A stretch of DNA of 64,000 nucleotides from Thermoanaerobaculia bacterium (GTDB lineage: Bacteria > Acidobacteriota > Thermoanaerobaculia > UBA5066): NCBI GenBank assembly GCA_963821225.1, contig CAWGCY010000007.1, positions 158,429 through 222,428 of the forward strand. Reading direction: 5' to 3'. The notes beneath the pieces are model-generated. The model saw only the letters and a program-made list of their open reading frames with translations. It had not been told where the DNA came from and did not search any database. This document shows, piece by piece, positions 31,092-40,495 of this stretch (within the stretch, counting starts at the first letter, position 1; each line of letters opens with the position of its first letter). The position numbers were made by a program, and so were the translations under genes.

Positions 31092-32074
31092 TTCGCGGCC
31101 TCCGCGAGCCGCGCCCGAAGCGCCCCGTCAGTCACGATCTCCTCGAGCGCTTCCGCCCAGGCCCCGGGTTCGTTCGCGGCGAGAAGCCCGGTCTCGCGAT
31201 GCCGAACCGTGTCCCGATAAGGGCGCACGTCGCTGAAGACGCCCGGAATGCCGAGAGCCCCATAGTCGAGGTACTTGAGATCCGACTTCCCGCGCGTGAA
31301 CGCGTCGTCCTCGAGCGGCGCGATCGCGACGTCCCACCGAAGATGCCCCCGCATCCACGGGACGAATCTCGGATAGGAGTCCTCGTTGCCCGGATCGCGC
31401 ATCCGGAACGGCAGGCCTTCGAACAGGGATGCGATCCTCCGCCCCGTGGCTCCGCCCACGAGCTCCAGCCGCACCCTCCCGGCGTGGCGCACGAGGAGGG
31501 CCCGGAGCGGCGCGAGCACCATGCGAAGGTCCGCCTCGTGCGTCAGCGTGCCCATGTAGCCGATCGTCAGCGTCGAAGAGCGCGATGCGACAGGTTCCGG
31601 TGCGGAACCGAAGAGCCGCTCGTCGAGCGCGTTCGGCACGACGAGAATCTCGCTTCGAAAAGTTGCCACACGCTCCGCCAGAGCCGGTGTCGCGACGATC
31701 ATCCCGTCGGCCTGCCTCGCGAGATACGCGACGACCGCGCGGAGCGAGTCTCCCGGGTACGTCTCCCACGGCTCGCGGCGGTGGAGATCGAGCAGGTTGT
31801 CGTCGAGCTCGTAAACGACGGGGATGCCCCTCTGCCGGCACCGGGAAAGTACGCGGACGAAGCCGTCCAGCTGCCTCTCGTACGGCCAGAGAGTGTGGCG
31901 CTCGACCACGAGGAGGTCGCAATCGGGCACGGATTCCGCCGTGCCGTGCGTCAGCTCGATTCTGTCCGAGAGCTGCGGATGGGAGAGCGGGCACAGGAGG
32001 CGGATGTACGTGCAGCTATAGGGAATCTCCGCACCGTAGAACCCGTGGAGGACGTGGACCCTACGCCTCCGCAA
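31001..32074 (-). CDS. Glycosyltransferase, GT-B fold (GT1/GT4-like)
   Basis: C-terminal GT1-type region DVAIAPLEDDAFTRGKSDLKYLDYGALGIPGVFSD. No ATG or GTG sits near the N-terminus; a TTG at 32074 (MRRRRVHVLHGF...) is proposed, so the start is uncertain. Confidence 0.7.
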   Translation of the reverse strand: MRRRRVHVLHGFYGAEIPYSCTYIRLLCPLSHPQLSDRIELTHGTAESVPDCDLLVVERHTLWPYERQLDGFVRVLSRCRQRGIPVVYELDDNLLDLHRREPWETYPGDSLRAVVAYLARQADGMIVATPALAERVATFRSEILVVPNALDERLFGSAPEPVASRSSTLTIGYMGTLTHEADLRMVLAPLRALLVRHAGRVRLELVGGATGRRIASLFEGLPFRMRDPGNEDSYPRFVPWMRGHLRWDVAIAPLEDDAFTRGKSDLKYLDYGALGIPGVFSDVRPYRDTVRHRETGLLAANEPGAWAEALEEIVTDGALRARLAEAAKAEVHESRMLRANAVRWSEAIEKIVPGFFG

Positions 32075-34088
32075 ACAGGACCTCGAGGATGCCCGCCGCC
32101 GCGCGGTCGGGCGTGTGGAGGCCGGCGTCGGCGATCGCCTGCGCCGCGAGGCGACGGAGGAGCGGCCCGTCCGTGGCAAGCCGTTCGAGGCACGCGACGC
32201 AGGCGTCACGGGATGACGTGTCGACGGCGAGCGCGTTGACTTCGTGCCGGGCGAACGTGTCCGCGCCGCCCGCTTTCGGGACGACGACGGCGGCTCCCGA
32301 GCCCATGGCCTCGAGCGAGGCGACGCCGAGCGCCTGATATGTCGAGAGATCCGCGAAGACGTGCACCTGCGACAGGAGCGCCGAGAGCTGCCGGTCGTCG
32401 AGAACGCCGAGGAAGCGGTGCGGAAAGTCGAGACGAAAAGGACGCAGCGCGGGATCCGACCTCTCGGACCCGAAGAGGACGATCTCGACCCCGTCACCGA
32501 GCTTCTGCGTGAGGGCCCGCATCACGTCGACGGTGAGGCCCGGCTGCCTCCGCGGCGTCGAGGGTCGCACCATCGCGGCGATCCGGACGGGGCTCGCGGC
32601 GGGCTCCGGCAGCCGGGGGCGGAAGATTTCCGCGTCGAAGCTCGCGGAGACGAGCGCGCAGTCAAGACCCGTCCGGGCGACGACCTCGTCGGCATTCCAC
32701 TTCGACTTCGAGAACCTTCTCATGCCCGGCACGAGCCCGTACGAGGCGAACGCGCGCTTCCAGTCCTCCGAGCCTTCGGCGTAGAAGAGCGGCTCGTAGT
32801 CCTGGATGCAGTACCCGAGCACCGGAGGGCGCGACAGTTTCGCGAGCGGCACCATCCACGGCACCGAGTAGTAGGCGGTCCCGATCACGGCGTCAAACCC
32901 CTGTGCGGCCTGGACGAGATCGGACTCCCGCCCGTACACGATCGGAATGCCCGGCGCCGGATAGCTCTTCTCGAAGACGGCTCGGTGCCCCGCGAGGTTG
33001 AAGACACGCGCTTCGACGCCCATCCGCGTCATCGCGCGCGCCTCCGACAACACGACGTTCGACCCGCCCCCGCGCTCGAGGACCGGGAGCACGTACAGGA
33101 CGCGCTTGCCCTCGAAGCGCTTCCGGGCCTGCTCGCGCAGCGCGATACGCTCCGGCAGGATCGCGAAACGGGCCGCGATGCCGGCGACCACGCGGTTCGG
33201 TGTAGTCGGGGCCGCGACGGATGCCCCCGCGGCCCACGTGTCGTCCGCGAGCAGAAACCGCTTCGCATCGGCCCTCATCTGGGCGAGAACCTCGCTCGGC
33301 GACTGCCCCGCACCCTCGGGCCGCGCATCGCGCCTCACGAGAACGGCACAGCCTCCGCCCTCTTCGATCTGGGGGAAGAGGCGGGCCGACTCGGCGGCGA
33401 GGACAACTGCGGGTTTCGCCTCCACATCCGCGTCCGCGACCGAGCGCGCGGCGCGCTCGACGGCCGGACCCGCGCCTGGAACGTCCCCGGCGAGGGGAAC
33501 GACGCCCGCCGCCTCTCCCTCGGAGGCGAGACAAGCGACGAGCCGGTCGAGGACGTCTTCCGCGACACGCGCGCGCCCGTCGAGGAGGAGCACGTGGCGC
33601 GACGAGCCGGCTTCCCGCGCTTTGTGGAAGGCGTCGGCGCCCTGCACGAGGCGGGCTCCTTGATCGCGCGCGAAAGCCTCCAGCCAGCTCCGCGCCGCGG
33701 GCGACACGCCCGGATCGGCGAGGAAGAGCCCGTAAGGCGGACGCGCGTGCCGGAGCAGTGCGCCGAGGCTCGCCTCGAGAACGGGCAGATCGGAGTGCCC
33801 GAGAACGACGGCGTCCACGGATTCCGTCGACCGATCCAGAGCCGGGCCGCGAAAGCGAACGGGCGCGAAGCCGGGCAAGTGGACGAGCCCGGGATCCGGG
33901 ACCGCATGCACGGCCGGACCCGCGGAGAACCCGTCGCCTGAGAGCGCGCCCTTCAGCCTCCACCACGCGTTGCGCAGCTTCCAGAAGATGCTCATCTCCA
34001 TCGCGGCGATGCGCGCGCGCGCCTCGGAAAGCTCGACGCGGGTCTTCTCCAGCTCTTCCTGGAGCGCTTCCGACGAATCTTGGCTCAA
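32061..34088 (-). CDS. Multidomain glycosyltransferase: N-terminal coiled coil plus W-rich amphipathic motif, GT-A-like region, GT-B (GT1) domain
   Basis: TTG start. Coiled coil EALQEELEKTRVELSEARARIAAMEMSIFWKLRNAWWRLKG. GT1-like C-terminal half: KRVLYVLPVLERGGGSNVV ... LGVASLEAMGSGAAVVVP. Confidence 0.75.
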   Translation of the reverse strand: MSQDSSEALQEELEKTRVELSEARARIAAMEMSIFWKLRNAWWRLKGALSGDGFSAGPAVHAVPDPGLVHLPGFAPVRFRGPALDRSTESVDAVVLGHSDLPVLEASLGALLRHARPPYGLFLADPGVSPAARSWLEAFARDQGARLVQGADAFHKAREAGSSRHVLLLDGRARVAEDVLDRLVACLASEGEAAGVVPLAGDVPGAGPAVERAARSVADADVEAKPAVVLAAESARLFPQIEEGGGCAVLVRRDARPEGAGQSPSEVLAQMRADAKRFLLADDTWAAGASVAAPTTPNRVVAGIAARFAILPERIALREQARKRFEGKRVLYVLPVLERGGGSNVVLSEARAMTRMGVEARVFNLAGHRAVFEKSYPAPGIPIVYGRESDLVQAAQGFDAVIGTAYYSVPWMVPLAKLSRPPVLGYCIQDYEPLFYAEGSEDWKRAFASYGLVPGMRRFSKSKWNADEVVARTGLDCALVSASFDAEIFRPRLPEPAASPVRIAAMVRPSTPRRQPGLTVDVMRALTQKLGDGVEIVLFGSERSDPALRPFRLDFPHRFLGVLDDRQLSALLSQVHVFADLSTYQALGVASLEAMGSGAAVVVPKAGGADTFARHEVNALAVDTSSRDACVACLERLATDGPLLRRLAAQAIADAGLHTPDRAAAGILEVLFAEA

Positions 34089-34134
34089 ACGACGGGATTG
34101 TACGGTCCGCCGCCCGCGCGACGAGGAAGGGCGG

Positions 34135-34842
34135 CTATTCCCCCAGAAGCCGAGAGAGCAGCCGTTTGCCTGCTGGCCTTCCCGCCTTCCGGGCCCAGCC
34201 GATTCGGCCGCTTTCGGTCACCTTGAATGCAGTGAGCTCCGGGTGCTGTCGCGCGACCAGGTTCCAGACCATGCTGATCTGGTAGGTGTCGAGCTCCCGA
34301 TCCGAGAGATGCCCGTGCGATTCCTTCCATGTCGGCATGCTTCTGAGCTTGAAGTCAAGGTCGTCGAGGACAAACCAGCCGCCCGGCTTCAGGAGTTTCA
34401 CCGCCAGGAACAACGCGAGAGCGTCGGGTTGCCACTCGTGGGCTCCATCCAGGAAGCAGAGGTCGAAGATCGGCTGGCAGACGCCTTTCACGGTCTGCTT
34501 CTCGATGAGACCGGCTAGGTACCAGTTGTAGCCGAGGGGGTCGATGACGACCTCGAGCTCGTCGCCGAGCCCGACGTGGTTCTTCAGAGAACGCGCATTC
34601 ACCGGCTGGAGGAGCGAAATGTCGACGGTGACGACCTTGCCGCCAGTCTCCGCGGCCGCGGCGCCCATGACGCAGCTCGTGGCTCCGAACCCGCTCCCGA
34701 GCTCGAGACAGGTACGAAGCCGGTTGGAGACGATGCACTCGTAGATCTCGCGCATGCCTCCTTCGGGAAAGAGAAACACGCCGGGATGCCCCCCGGGAAC
34801 GACGTAAGATCGAAGCGCGTCCATGACGGCGGTGTATTTCAT
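34135..34842 (-). CDS. Class I SAM-dependent methyltransferase (O-methyltransferase-like)
   Basis: ATG 34842 (MKYTAVMD...). Motif I CLELGSGFGATS, then LDGAHEW and GGWFVLDD. Confidence 0.7.
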   Translation of the reverse strand: MKYTAVMDALRSYVVPGGHPGVFLFPEGGMREIYECIVSNRLRTCLELGSGFGATSCVMGAAAAETGGKVVTVDISLLQPVNARSLKNHVGLGDELEVVIDPLGYNWYLAGLIEKQTVKGVCQPIFDLCFLDGAHEWQPDALALFLAVKLLKPGGWFVLDDLDFKLRSMPTWKESHGHLSDRELDTYQISMVWNLVARQHPELTAFKVTESGRIGWARKAGRPAGKRLLSRLLGE

Positions 34843-34930
34843 TGGATTGCTGGCCACGACAGGACGAGCTTGAAAGGCCGACAGCCACGATACCGCAGTC
34901 AATGACCCGCTGAGCCGCCGTGGTCGACGG

Positions 34931-36463
34931 TCAGCGCGTCCGCGCGAGCACGTAGGGTCCGCAGCGGGCGAGGAAGGGGGGCCGAGAGAAGTCCGCGCCC
35001 GGAACGGCCTCCACGCCGGCCAGGCTGATTTCCGCAACCGGAGGCTCGACGATGGGCCTCTGGAAAACGTTGCGGAGCCGAATGAAGTCCACGAGCCTGT
35101 CCGAGGGCCAGCTTCGGGGCGGCCGGAATCCAATCGGCTGTCCCTCCCCGAGAAGCCCGTCCGCGACGGTCTTGAGCGTCCCGAGGCATGTGAAGGCGGG
35201 ATCGGCGAGCGCACAGGGCGCCGGGCGCGGACGGGGGTCGAAGAGCCCGCGGGAAAAACTCGAGGCCAGAGTCCCGTGGAGGCGCACGACGCGGGCTCCC
35301 GTCAGATGCAGCTCGGTCTTCAGATTGCTCCTCGTCGCCCGGGATGCCTCGAGAAAGCGCTCCGGCGTCAGAGCGATGAAACCGAATCCATAGCTCGGGT
35401 ATCGAATCTGGTTCCAGAGAAGGCACCCTGCGAGGACGACCGCCGAGACGACCGTGTAAATACGGCCCCGTAGCGCGTAGGCCCGGAGACTCTCGAGCCC
35501 TTCGGCGAGCGCGCAGGTGAAGAACGGCAGTGCGTACACGAGGAAGCGCTTGTCGGCCCAGTCGTAGAAGAAAACGACGAAGACGAGGATCGCCGACACC
35601 GTTAGAAGAAGTGCAGCCCGGTAACGGCGGGTGGCGGCATCTCTTCTAAGGAGCCGCAAGCCGCCCAGCACGTAGAGCGGAAGCAGCAGAAGGCCAAGGA
35701 GGGCGACGCCCGATATCGCATAGGAGGTCAGATTGGAAAGGGTCGGCCTGAGCAGGGCCTCGAAGTCGTGGCGCGGAGCGTCCGGGTGAATGCGGTGGAA
35801 CCACGCGCGAATCACGAGCCAGGCAAGGGCCATCCCAGTCGCCGCGAGCGCCCCCTTCCAGAGCTCCCGGCTCCGAACGTCCTCGGACCGCACCGCGACG
35901 ACGGCAAGCGCGAGCCCGATGCCTGCAGGAGCCGCGGCGTACGAGAACAGGAACGCAGCGCCAAGGGCGCCGCCCATCACGGAATACCAGCGGAGGTTCC
36001 GGCCCGCGCGAACGAAGGCCAGCGCCGCGAGAACGAGAAACGGGGTCGCGTACGTCTCGGCCAGCACGTACTTCGCGAGGTCCTGCACGCAGTCGTTCGC
36101 GAAGAAGAACCAGCAGGCGGTCGTCGCGATCCACGCGTCGTGTCGCTCGCGCAGAAGGAAGTAGAGAAAGACCGTGGAAAGGCCGAGAAATAGAAAGCTC
36201 AAGACCGGCAAGAGCGGGAGCAGTCCGACTTTCATGAGCCCGGCGATCAGGAGAGGAAATCCTGGCGGCCGCAGGCTCGGGAGAATCGGCTTGCCTGACC
36301 AGAACAGGCCGTTGCTGATCCAGTCGTAGGAGTCCGCCGTCATGTACGGATAGCACCAGTTGAGATCGGCGACGATCAGCGACCGAACGACCGGAAGAAC
36401 CCCCAGCGTGGCGAATACGGCGAGCAGCAGGGGCGGCAGCCGCTCCGACCGAAGAACGGACAC
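34931..36463 (-). CDS. GT-C-fold membrane glycosyltransferase (ArnT/PMT, GT39/GT83-like)
   Basis: About 11-12 TM helices. The first-loop motif is MTADSYDWISNG. The overall pattern matches lipid-linked-sugar-dependent glycosyltransferases. Confidence 0.65.
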   Translation of the reverse strand: MSVLRSERLPPLLLAVFATLGVLPVVRSLIVADLNWCYPYMTADSYDWISNGLFWSGKPILPSLRPPGFPLLIAGLMKVGLLPLLPVLSFLFLGLSTVFLYFLLRERHDAWIATTACWFFFANDCVQDLAKYVLAETYATPFLVLAALAFVRAGRNLRWYSVMGGALGAAFLFSYAAAPAGIGLALAVVAVRSEDVRSRELWKGALAATGMALAWLVIRAWFHRIHPDAPRHDFEALLRPTLSNLTSYAISGVALLGLLLLPLYVLGGLRLLRRDAATRRYRAALLLTVSAILVFVVFFYDWADKRFLVYALPFFTCALAEGLESLRAYALRGRIYTVVSAVVLAGCLLWNQIRYPSYGFGFIALTPERFLEASRATRSNLKTELHLTGARVVRLHGTLASSFSRGLFDPRPRPAPCALADPAFTCLGTLKTVADGLLGEGQPIGFRPPRSWPSDRLVDFIRLRNVFQRPIVEPPVAEISLAGVEAVPGADFSRPPFLARCGPYVLARTR

Positions 36464-36493
36464 GATCCCTGAGTCTATCGAAGCCGTCGGCGT

Positions 36494-36838
36494 CTACGGG
36501 TAGACGAAGAAGCTCGGGTCGTAAATGAGCGTCCGGTTCCCCGGGTCGCTGTGGTACTCCTTCGTCTGGCCGTTCGTGACGTCCGTGACGGCCACCCAGA
36601 ACTCGACGTCCGTGAACATCAGGATCGTGATCCAGGCCCGGCCGTTGTTGGTCGCCGTGTTGACCCGGACCACGAACTCGTACGTGTCTGCGTCCGCGAT
36701 CCAGAAAGCGCCCGTCACATCCGTGAGCTTCGTCTTCGAGAGCGTCGCCTGTGCGCCGCCGGCGTACTGGTTCTTCCATCGCCCCGTGACCCGGTAGCGG
36801 CCGCCAACGAGGCACATCGTGAAGGTATCCTCCACGCA
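36494..36838 (-). repeat. CTD-encoding repeat, copy A (345 nt)
   Basis: Aligns over its full length with 37540-37884. By hand count, 82 of 114 aa are identical. Confidence 0.85.
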
Positions 36839-37501
36839 GGAGGTCGGCGGGTTGACGGTCGTGCAGCCGAACCCGTCGCAGGACACCTTCTTGTCCATGA
36901 GGATCCAGTCCAGGTAGAAAAAAGTGCCCCCCGAATTCTCGCGAAGGTAGATGAGCTGCCAGTAAGTCCCGGCTGGCATCGAGCTCCCGAAGAACGAGAT
37001 GGTCCCCGAGTCGACCGGCGAGTACTGGTATCCGCCCTGAAGAGGCGAGAACGACAAGGCGCTCGAGAATGCGAACGAGGAGACGGTCTGGCCGAACACG
37101 GGCAGCGAGCTCGTGAGCACGACCTTGAGATCGAGCGGTCCGCTGTAGGTGCTCGGGCTGCGGTAGTTCGCGATGCGGTCCACGTGGAAGGAGCCGGAGC
37201 CGCCGTTCCACGTGACGGAAGCCGGCGTTACCAGACAGATCGTGCACCCCGTCTGGTCGAGGGCGGTACGGCCCGTCTTTGCCGCCCGGTCCGAGGGCAA
37301 ATCGGCGCTCGGCCCCGCGGGCGTCCCGGGCACGACGGCGCCCCGGGAAGCAGGAGCGACGCGGAAGGCCCTCGCGTCCGCTACGGGCTTTCCGGTTGCG
37401 TGCGTCGTCTCGTCCGCACGGACGGGTTCCGTAATCCCTGCCGTCAGGCACAGGGCCGCGACGGCGAGCCCCCACGAGGAAACGGATTCGAATTGCTTCA
37501 C
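36494..37501 (-). CDS. Secreted protein with conserved 114-aa C-terminal domain (CTD copy A)
   Basis: GTG 37501, signal peptide VKQFESVSSWGLAVAALCLTAG. The C-terminal 114 aa are shared with the upstream gene. Confidence 0.7.
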   Translation of the reverse strand: MKQFESVSSWGLAVAALCLTAGITEPVRADETTHATGKPVADARAFRVAPASRGAVVPGTPAGPSADLPSDRAAKTGRTALDQTGCTICLVTPASVTWNGGSGSFHVDRIANYRSPSTYSGPLDLKVVLTSSLPVFGQTVSSFAFSSALSFSPLQGGYQYSPVDSGTISFFGSSMPAGTYWQLIYLRENSGGTFFYLDWILMDKKVSCDGFGCTTVNPPTSCVEDTFTMCLVGGRYRVTGRWKNQYAGGAQATLSKTKLTDVTGAFWIADADTYEFVVRVNTATNNGRAWITILMFTDVEFWVAVTDVTNGQTKEYHSDPGNRTLIYDPSFFVYP

Positions 37502-37539
37502 GACGGACGTCCTTTCAGAGGGGTGTTCATCGGACGCGG

Positions 37540-37884
37540 TCACGGGTACGGGAAAGTGGTCGGGTCGTAGATGAGGGTCCGGTTGCCGATTACGCTGTGG
37601 TATTCGTTCGACTGTCCCGTATGGGTGTCCGTGACGTCGATCCAGAACTCCACGTCCGTGAACGTCGCGATCACGACCCAGATCCGACCGTTGTTCGTCG
37701 CCGTATTGAAGCGGATCAGGTACTCGTACGTGTTCGCGTCCGCGATCCAGAAGGCGCCCGTCACGTCGGTCAGCTTCGCCTTCGAGAGCGTCGCCGTCGC
37801 GCCGCCCGCGTACTGGTTCTTCCAGTGGCTCGTCACCTTGTACCGGCCGCTCACGAGGCACATCGTGTACGCGTCCTGAGTGCA
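37540..37884 (-). repeat. CTD-encoding repeat, copy B (345 nt)
   Basis: See copy A. Confidence 0.85.
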
Positions 37885-40344
37885 AACCGTCGGCCCGCCC
37901 CCGCCGCCCACGGACTTCACTCGAAAAACGCCACGCCCGTAAGTCGCGGCCCAGAGGTCGTTCGTCACCGGATGGAACGCGAGGCCGTAGACCGGGACGT
38001 TCGGCAGTCCCGCATTGAACGTCACCCAGCTCGCCCCGCCATTCGCGGAGCGGAAGACGCCGACGTCCGTCCCGATGAAAAGGTCGTTCGGATCGGTCGG
38101 ATCGACGGCGAACGCGAGGACGGGGACGTCGGGCAGGTTCGACGAGATGTTCGTCCACGTCACGCCCGCGTCGTTCGTGCGGAAGACGTGCTTCGAGGGG
38201 GATCCCAGATAGCCGGCGAACGTGACGTACGCGCTTCGCCCGTCCGCGGTGATCGAGCTGACTCGCGTGACCGGGGCCGCGGGCAGGCCGGTGAACCGGG
38301 GCGCGAACGTCACACCCCCGTCGCTCGAATAGAACACGCTGCCGGTCCTGGTGCCGCCCCATACGGGTCCCGGGTCGCCCCCGGGAGCGTCGAGGGCCGT
38401 GAAATACGAGTTCGTGATCTTGGCGGGAGACCGTGCGGACCACGCCATGGGATCGAAACCGAAGGCCGCATTCGCCCAGATGCGGTTCGTCCCGAAAAGA
38501 ACCGTCGCCGGCGCTCCTGACACGGCGACCGCAGGTGGATAGAAGGCGACCAGGTCGGAACAGTTGATCGACGTATCCCCCGAACCGGTGCTGTCGCAGT
38601 CCGAGAAGTACGAGAACGTCTGCCCCCCGTCGGGGGAGAAATTCATCCCCTGATGGACGTAACCGCTGAGAATCTGCGCGGGCGCGTCGCGGCGGATCAA
38701 ATTGAAGCCGCCGTCGCCTCCCGTGCGATCCGACCACGTCGAGGATCCGTTGTAGCGCTGGTTTCCGTTGTCCTGCGTGCCGCCCATCGCAAACTCGGCG
38801 TTCGTCGGGTGGAGGGCGACGCCGTTGAACTGCGAGAAATTGAGCGTCGCGTTGAGACTGCTGAACGACGTCCCGCCGTTCACGCTCTTGTAGACGCCCC
38901 CGTCATTTCCGATGAACAGCGTTCCTCCCGGCCCGAAGACGGCGGCATGCTGGTCCGGATGAGTCGTCGCGACGGGACCGGTGCCGTAGACATTCAGAAT
39001 GTTGGTCCACGTGTTCGCACCGTCGGTGCTCTTGTAGAGGTCGACCGAGCCGAAATAGACCGTCGAAGGGTTGAGAGGGTCGGGCGCGATCCAGTGGTCG
39101 TAGCTGCACTGGTTGTTTCCGTTGCCCGAGTCCGCCACGGGGCACATCGTCGGATCGACGTTCTGCTTCGACCAGGTCGCGCCGGCATCCGTGGACCGGT
39201 AGATCCCGGTGTGAGCGTCCTTGTCGTCGAGGAACGACGCATAGACGACCGCCGGGTTCGTCCGCGTGATTCCGAGCTTCGTATTCCCGATGACGACGCC
39301 CGCGTCGAACGTGTAGAGGGGGCTCCACGTCTGACCGAAATCGGAGGATCCGAAGACTCCGCTCTTTCCGCAGTTCGAGCATCCCCCCGTCGCGAGAAGC
39401 AGCGAATTCGGCGAATTGGGATCCTGGACCAGATCCGAGATCACGTGCGTCATGGTCTTCGTGAAGGACACCCCTCCGTCGGTCGAGCGGTAGATTCCAC
39501 CCGCGGACCCGGAGTCCCCGGCGACCAGCGGATACATGTACACGCCCACGACGACGATCTGGGTATTCGTCGGATGGGGAACCACACGGGACAGGACCGC
39601 GTCCGTGGGGAGATTCGAGTCGACGCGGGTCCAGGTCTCTCCGGTGTCCACCGACTTCAGCAGCCCCCCGCCCAGGTAGGTCCCCGTCGAGCGGGATGGA
39701 GTGAACTCGAATCCCGCCTCGTCGGCCTCGCCGGTGGCCGCGAAGACGATGGACGGATTCGCCGGTGAAAAAGCGATGTGGCTGGTCGCGAGCGACGGCG
39801 CCGTGTCCGACACGGGGCGCCAGGTTGCGCCCGCATCCGTCGATTTCCAGATTCCACCCGTCGCGGAACCGAGCAGCATGATCGACGAATTCGTCGGATG
39901 GATCGCGATCGTATCGACCCGCCCCGCGACGGCGCCGAAGTTCTGATGGCTGGAAACCCTCGACTGCATCGGTTGCGGTCCCATCGACTGCCACGCCGTT
40001 CCGGTAAACGTGTAGCTCGACCGAACCGAGGGGCCGACGCCGGAACGCGTGAAGCTCCCCGCGGGCGCCTGCGCCATCGAGGGGTCCACCGGCATCTGGC
40101 AAGTGGCGTCGAGCGCCCTCAGCCTGTTCTGGGCCAGAACGCGGCCGTCGAGGTCGCGCCGCAGCATCGCATTCCACTCGGCGCGTCCCGCCGGGTCGTC
40201 GCGCCGGCGCGGCTCGTCACCGTCCACGCCGGCGTCGCCGGGATTCGGGGGAACCTGAGCCGCCGCCGGCACGGCAAGCACCGCGAGGGTGAGGAAGAGA
40301 CTCAGTCTTGCCGGTCCGCGACCGCACACACGATCAAACGACAT
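37540..40344 (-). CDS. Secreted BNR/Asp-box repeat beta-propeller protein (sortilin/Ycf48/GH74-like) with the same C-terminal domain (CTD copy B)
   Basis: Signal peptide LSLFLTLAVLAVPAAAQ and a strong SD (GGAGG). At least 10 Asp-box-like motifs are present (STDAGATW, SVDTGETW, STDGGVSF, SSDFGQTW, STDAGATW, STDGANTW, SVNGGTSF, SPDGGQTF, SSDGGVTF, TNDAGVTW, SANGGASW). Confidence 0.8.
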   Translation of the reverse strand: MSFDRVCGRGPARLSLFLTLAVLAVPAAAQVPPNPGDAGVDGDEPRRRDDPAGRAEWNAMLRRDLDGRVLAQNRLRALDATCQMPVDPSMAQAPAGSFTRSGVGPSVRSSYTFTGTAWQSMGPQPMQSRVSSHQNFGAVAGRVDTIAIHPTNSSIMLLGSATGGIWKSTDAGATWRPVSDTAPSLATSHIAFSPANPSIVFAATGEADEAGFEFTPSRSTGTYLGGGLLKSVDTGETWTRVDSNLPTDAVLSRVVPHPTNTQIVVVGVYMYPLVAGDSGSAGGIYRSTDGGVSFTKTMTHVISDLVQDPNSPNSLLLATGGCSNCGKSGVFGSSDFGQTWSPLYTFDAGVVIGNTKLGITRTNPAVVYASFLDDKDAHTGIYRSTDAGATWSKQNVDPTMCPVADSGNGNNQCSYDHWIAPDPLNPSTVYFGSVDLYKSTDGANTWTNILNVYGTGPVATTHPDQHAAVFGPGGTLFIGNDGGVYKSVNGGTSFSSLNATLNFSQFNGVALHPTNAEFAMGGTQDNGNQRYNGSSTWSDRTGGDGGFNLIRRDAPAQILSGYVHQGMNFSPDGGQTFSYFSDCDSTGSGDTSINCSDLVAFYPPAVAVSGAPATVLFGTNRIWANAAFGFDPMAWSARSPAKITNSYFTALDAPGGDPGPVWGGTRTGSVFYSSDGGVTFAPRFTGLPAAPVTRVSSITADGRSAYVTFAGYLGSPSKHVFRTNDAGVTWTNISSNLPDVPVLAFAVDPTDPNDLFIGTDVGVFRSANGGASWVTFNAGLPNVPVYGLAFHPVTNDLWAATYGRGVFRVKSVGGGGGPTVCTQDAYTMCLVSGRYKVTSHWKNQYAGGATATLSKAKLTDVTGAFWIADANTYEYLIRFNTATNNGRIWVVIATFTDVEFWIDVTDTHTGQSNEYHSVIGNRTLIYDPTTFPYP

Positions 40345-40442
40345 CTCAGCCTCCTGAGGGCCGAAGCGACGGTTTCATGAGTTCCGGGTCTGAGCTGGTG
40401 CGAGCTTATCCCGACGAGGTCGCCCCGTCCACAAGTGCAAGA

Positions 40443-40464
40443 AGGGCCCGGCGAACCGGGCCCT
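40443..40464 (-). terminator. Weak terminator-like hairpin after the PEGA gene
   Basis: AGGGCCCGG-CGAA-CCGGGCCCT forms a 9-bp stem. Only an interrupted T tract (TCTTGCACTT) follows on the minus strand. Confidence 0.35.
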
Positions 40465-40495
40465 CCGAAGGAAACGAAGCACTTGGGAACGAGGC

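Noticed and set aside
40345-40495. Sigma-54-like CCGGGCCCTTCTTGCA and sigma-70-like TTGCAC upstream of the BNR gene.
   Set aside because: GG-to-GC spacing is 8-9 nt rather than 10. No acceptable -10 lies at a proper distance. The sequence is better explained as the hairpin after the PEGA gene.
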